DNA of 64,000 bases from Tepidisphaera sp. (GTDB lineage: Bacteria; Planctomycetota; Phycisphaerae; Phycisphaerales; UBA1924): NCBI GenBank assembly GCA_050916045.1, contig CP051526.1:2848001-2912000 (forward strand), written 5' to 3'. The notes under the pieces are model-generated. The model was not told the origin of the DNA. It searched no databases and worked only from the letters and a program-made list of their open reading frames with translations. Positions 61,890 to 64,000 of the stretch are shown one piece after another (position 1 is the first letter of the stretch; each line of letters starts with the position of its first letter). The position numbers and the translations under genes are program-made.

Positions 61890-62027
61890 TCACTCCTCTT
61901 CCCAAGACCAGCCACAACGACCCTGGAAACCGATCGACCCCTGACTCTACACCGCTTCCGCGATCGAACGGCTTTGAGAGCCGTCAGCGGATCGATCCCC
62001 GGTCTCTGCCGCTATCATCGACAACCG

Positions 62028-62969
62028 ATGCCCGCTTCAGCCCTCAAGAGCGCCGCAAACACCCCCGACGCGGGCCGCGGCAGCACCGCGGCTCCGGAAG
62101 CGATCAAGGCCGTCGGCGACCTCGTGAAGTCCCACGGCCCCAAGCTCCACCGGCTCGCCCTCCGCCTCTGCGGCCACCACGCCGACGCCGAGGACATGGT
62201 CCAAAGCGTGTTCGTCCAGGCGCTCCGCAAGTGGCACACCTTCCGCGGACACGCGAGCCCCGGCACATGGCTCTACGCCATCGCCGCCCGCGCGTGCAAA
62301 GCCCGCACCCGCCGCAAGGGCGGCATCGACCGGCGTCAGCCCGCGCTCTCGCAGCTCATGCCATGGAGCGAAACCACGGTCATGGAGATCGCCGCCGCAC
62401 CCGAAGGCCGCGAGAGCAAAGCCGAACGCAACGAAGCCGTCCGCCGCGTGCAGGCCGAGATCGCCCGACTCCCCGAACACCTCCGCTTGCCGCTGGTGCT
62501 CAAGGATGTCCTCGAGATGCCCACCGATGACGTCGCCGCATCCCTCGGACTCGCCGAAAACACCGTCAAGACCCGGATCCACAGAGCACGCCTCGCCCTG
62601 CGCAAAGCCATGACCGCACGGTCGCCCGCCGTCGAGGCTTCACCGCCGATTTACGAGAAGCAGGTCTGCCTCGACCTGCTCAAAGCCAAGATGGACGCGA
62701 TGGATCGCGGCGGAACCGCCGCCGGACGAAAGGTCCCGCAAGCCGAAGTGTGCGCACGATGCCGCGCCGTCTTCCGCGAGCTCGACATCGTTCAGGACGC
62801 CTGCGCGAAGATCGGTGAAGGCGAAATGCCCGCTCCGCTCCGAAACAAGATCCTCAAAGCCCTCAGCGACCACGCCCGCGTCTCTCGGGGAACACCGATC
62901 CCTGCACCCCGCGGCCGCAAGCCTGTCGCGGGAAAGCTCGCTTCTCCCGACAAGTCGCGAGTCCGTTAA
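62028..62969 (+). CDS. ECF sigma factor with a Cys-containing C-terminal extension
   Basis: DAEDMVQ.VF..A, TWLY.IA, LPEHLR..LVL.D, TVKTRIHRAR..LR, then QVC..EVCARC..DAC. Confidence 0.92.
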   Translation: MPASALKSAANTPDAGRGSTAAPEAIKAVGDLVKSHGPKLHRLALRLCGHHADAEDMVQSVFVQALRKWHTFRGHASPGTWLYAIAARACKARTRRKGGIDRRQPALSQLMPWSETTVMEIAAAPEGRESKAERNEAVRRVQAEIARLPEHLRLPLVLKDVLEMPTDDVAASLGLAENTVKTRIHRARLALRKAMTARSPAVEASPPIYEKQVCLDLLKAKMDAMDRGGTAAGRKVPQAEVCARCRAVFRELDIVQDACAKIGEGEMPAPLRNKILKALSDHARVSRGTPIPAPRGRKPVAGKLASPDKSRVR

Positions 62970-63100
62970 CCGCTCCCAACCAGACACTCGCCCATCGTCC
63001 TCTCGCCGATCACCGTTCGACCGAGGATTCCGAGATCCGGTGTATCAGCGAGGGCTTTGGCACCTCCTCCGGTTGGCATTCCCGCCTCCAGGAGTTCAAG

Positions 63101-64000
63101 ATGGCCACCACGCTCATGACCGCCCTCGCCGCAACCGTCGCCGCCGGCCTCGCGGCCGTCCCGGTCTACTTCGCCCGCCCGATCGCAACGGGGACCTACG
63201 TCACCTCGATCTCAAACGGCATCGCCGCCGGAACCCGGGGCAACCACGCCGTCATCTGGAACAGCGGCCGCCCGCTGGATGTCCACCCCGCCGGCTTCAG
63301 CTTCTCGGCCATCAACTCCCGCGCGGGAAACCTCAGCGCCGGCTACGCGGGGATCACTTCGCTGTCGCAGACGCCGATGATCTGGGAGGGCAACGTCGCT
63401 CACCCGCTGAGCGTTCCGTTCGATTACGTCACCGGCCACGCCGAAGCCACCGACGGTGTTCAAGCCGTCGGATTCGCCACCGAAACCGATCCTGAACGCG
63501 GCATCGGCTCGTCGCACGCTCTGGTGTGGAACCTCGCGACCGGTGAAGTGATCGATCTGGGCAACAACGCCACGCTCACCGGCGTCAGCGGAGGCGTGCA
63601 GGTCGGCTGGCAGACCGGCTCCCGCGGATCGACCGCCGCCCTCTGGCGCGGCGAATCCAACACGGTCGTCGATCTTCACGTCGCAAGCCAGGACTCGTCC
63701 ATGGCGACCGACACCGACGGCGTCATCGAGGTTGGCTACGTCGGCGTCGACATCCGCGTCCGACACGAAGGCCGCCCCCGTGACATCCGCTTCTACTCCG
63801 CGGGCTACTGGTCCGGCACCGCCGAGAGCTTCACCTACTTGCCATCCGCCTACCGCCACTCCTTCGCCCTCGCGGTCGGCGACGACACCATCGTCGGCTA
63901 CGGCAACACGACCGACGCGATCGGATTCCCCCGCGAAAGCCGCGCCGTCGCGTGGATCGGCCCCGAGCACACCTTCGTCGACCTCCACGCCCTCCTGCCC
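63101..64000 (+). CDS. Secreted beta-repeat protein (HAF-extracellular-repeat-like), truncated by the window end
   Basis: AGGAG + ATG 63101; MATTLMTALAATVAAGLAA leader; repeats HAVIW..DVHP, QAVG..HALVW..IDL, QVG..AALW.G...VVDLH; open to the end. Confidence 0.8.
   Translation, partial: MATTLMTALAATVAAGLAAVPVYFARPIATGTYVTSISNGIAAGTRGNHAVIWNSGRPLDVHPAGFSFSAINSRAGNLSAGYAGITSLSQTPMIWEGNVAHPLSVPFDYVTGHAEATDGVQAVGFATETDPERGIGSSHALVWNLATGEVIDLGNNATLTGVSGGVQVGWQTGSRGSTAALWRGESNTVVDLHVASQDSSMATDTDGVIEVGYVGVDIRVRHEGRPRDIRFYSAGYWSGTAESFTYLPSAYRHSFALAVGDDTIVGYGNTTDAIGFPRESRAVAWIGPEHTFVDLHALLP

Overview
This is a GC-rich (roughly two-thirds G+C by eye) bacterial window. The gene content (three ECF sigma factor + Ser/Thr kinase pairs, a DUF6288-like protein, FG-GAP and HAF-like secreted proteins) suggests Planctomycetota, probably Phycisphaerae; the taxonomy is inference. 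In order along the window: (1) a kdp K+-uptake operon (small leader ORF-kdpF-kdpA-kdpB, minus strand) with a divergent, frameshifted TorF-like porin; (2) a structured intergenic element, a DUF6288/SASA fusion and a GH13 glucan enzyme; (3) a stress/fermentation block (NodT-HlyD-RbbA-YhhJ, PAS kinase + NarL-type regulator, Dps, TspO, phosphoketolase, acetate kinase, glycogen phosphorylase; later a P1B-5 ATPase, DUF2934, a degenerate Dps and a general-stress protein); (4) a ~5 kb segment interrupting that block; (5) a Tat-exported alpha/beta hydrolase and three ECF-STK pairs, one ECF with an in-frame amber codon; (6) an exported YcaC-DoxX-amidohydrolase-alginate-export operon, a VOC protein, a Cys-tailed ECF and a truncated secreted repeat protein. 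The ~5 kb segment is the most unusual part. An uncharacterised helical + Fn3-like gene is preceded by a 10 x 21-bp periodic array, and three partial copies of its 3' end follow it, bracketing cargo genes (ASCH; COG0523/zinc-ribbon/Fur). One copy is an exact 18-bp direct repeat. Two further unrelated 21-bp arrays occur elsewhere. I recognised no tRNA, rRNA, CRISPR, integrase or transposase. All family calls come from motif recognition by eye, not database searches.
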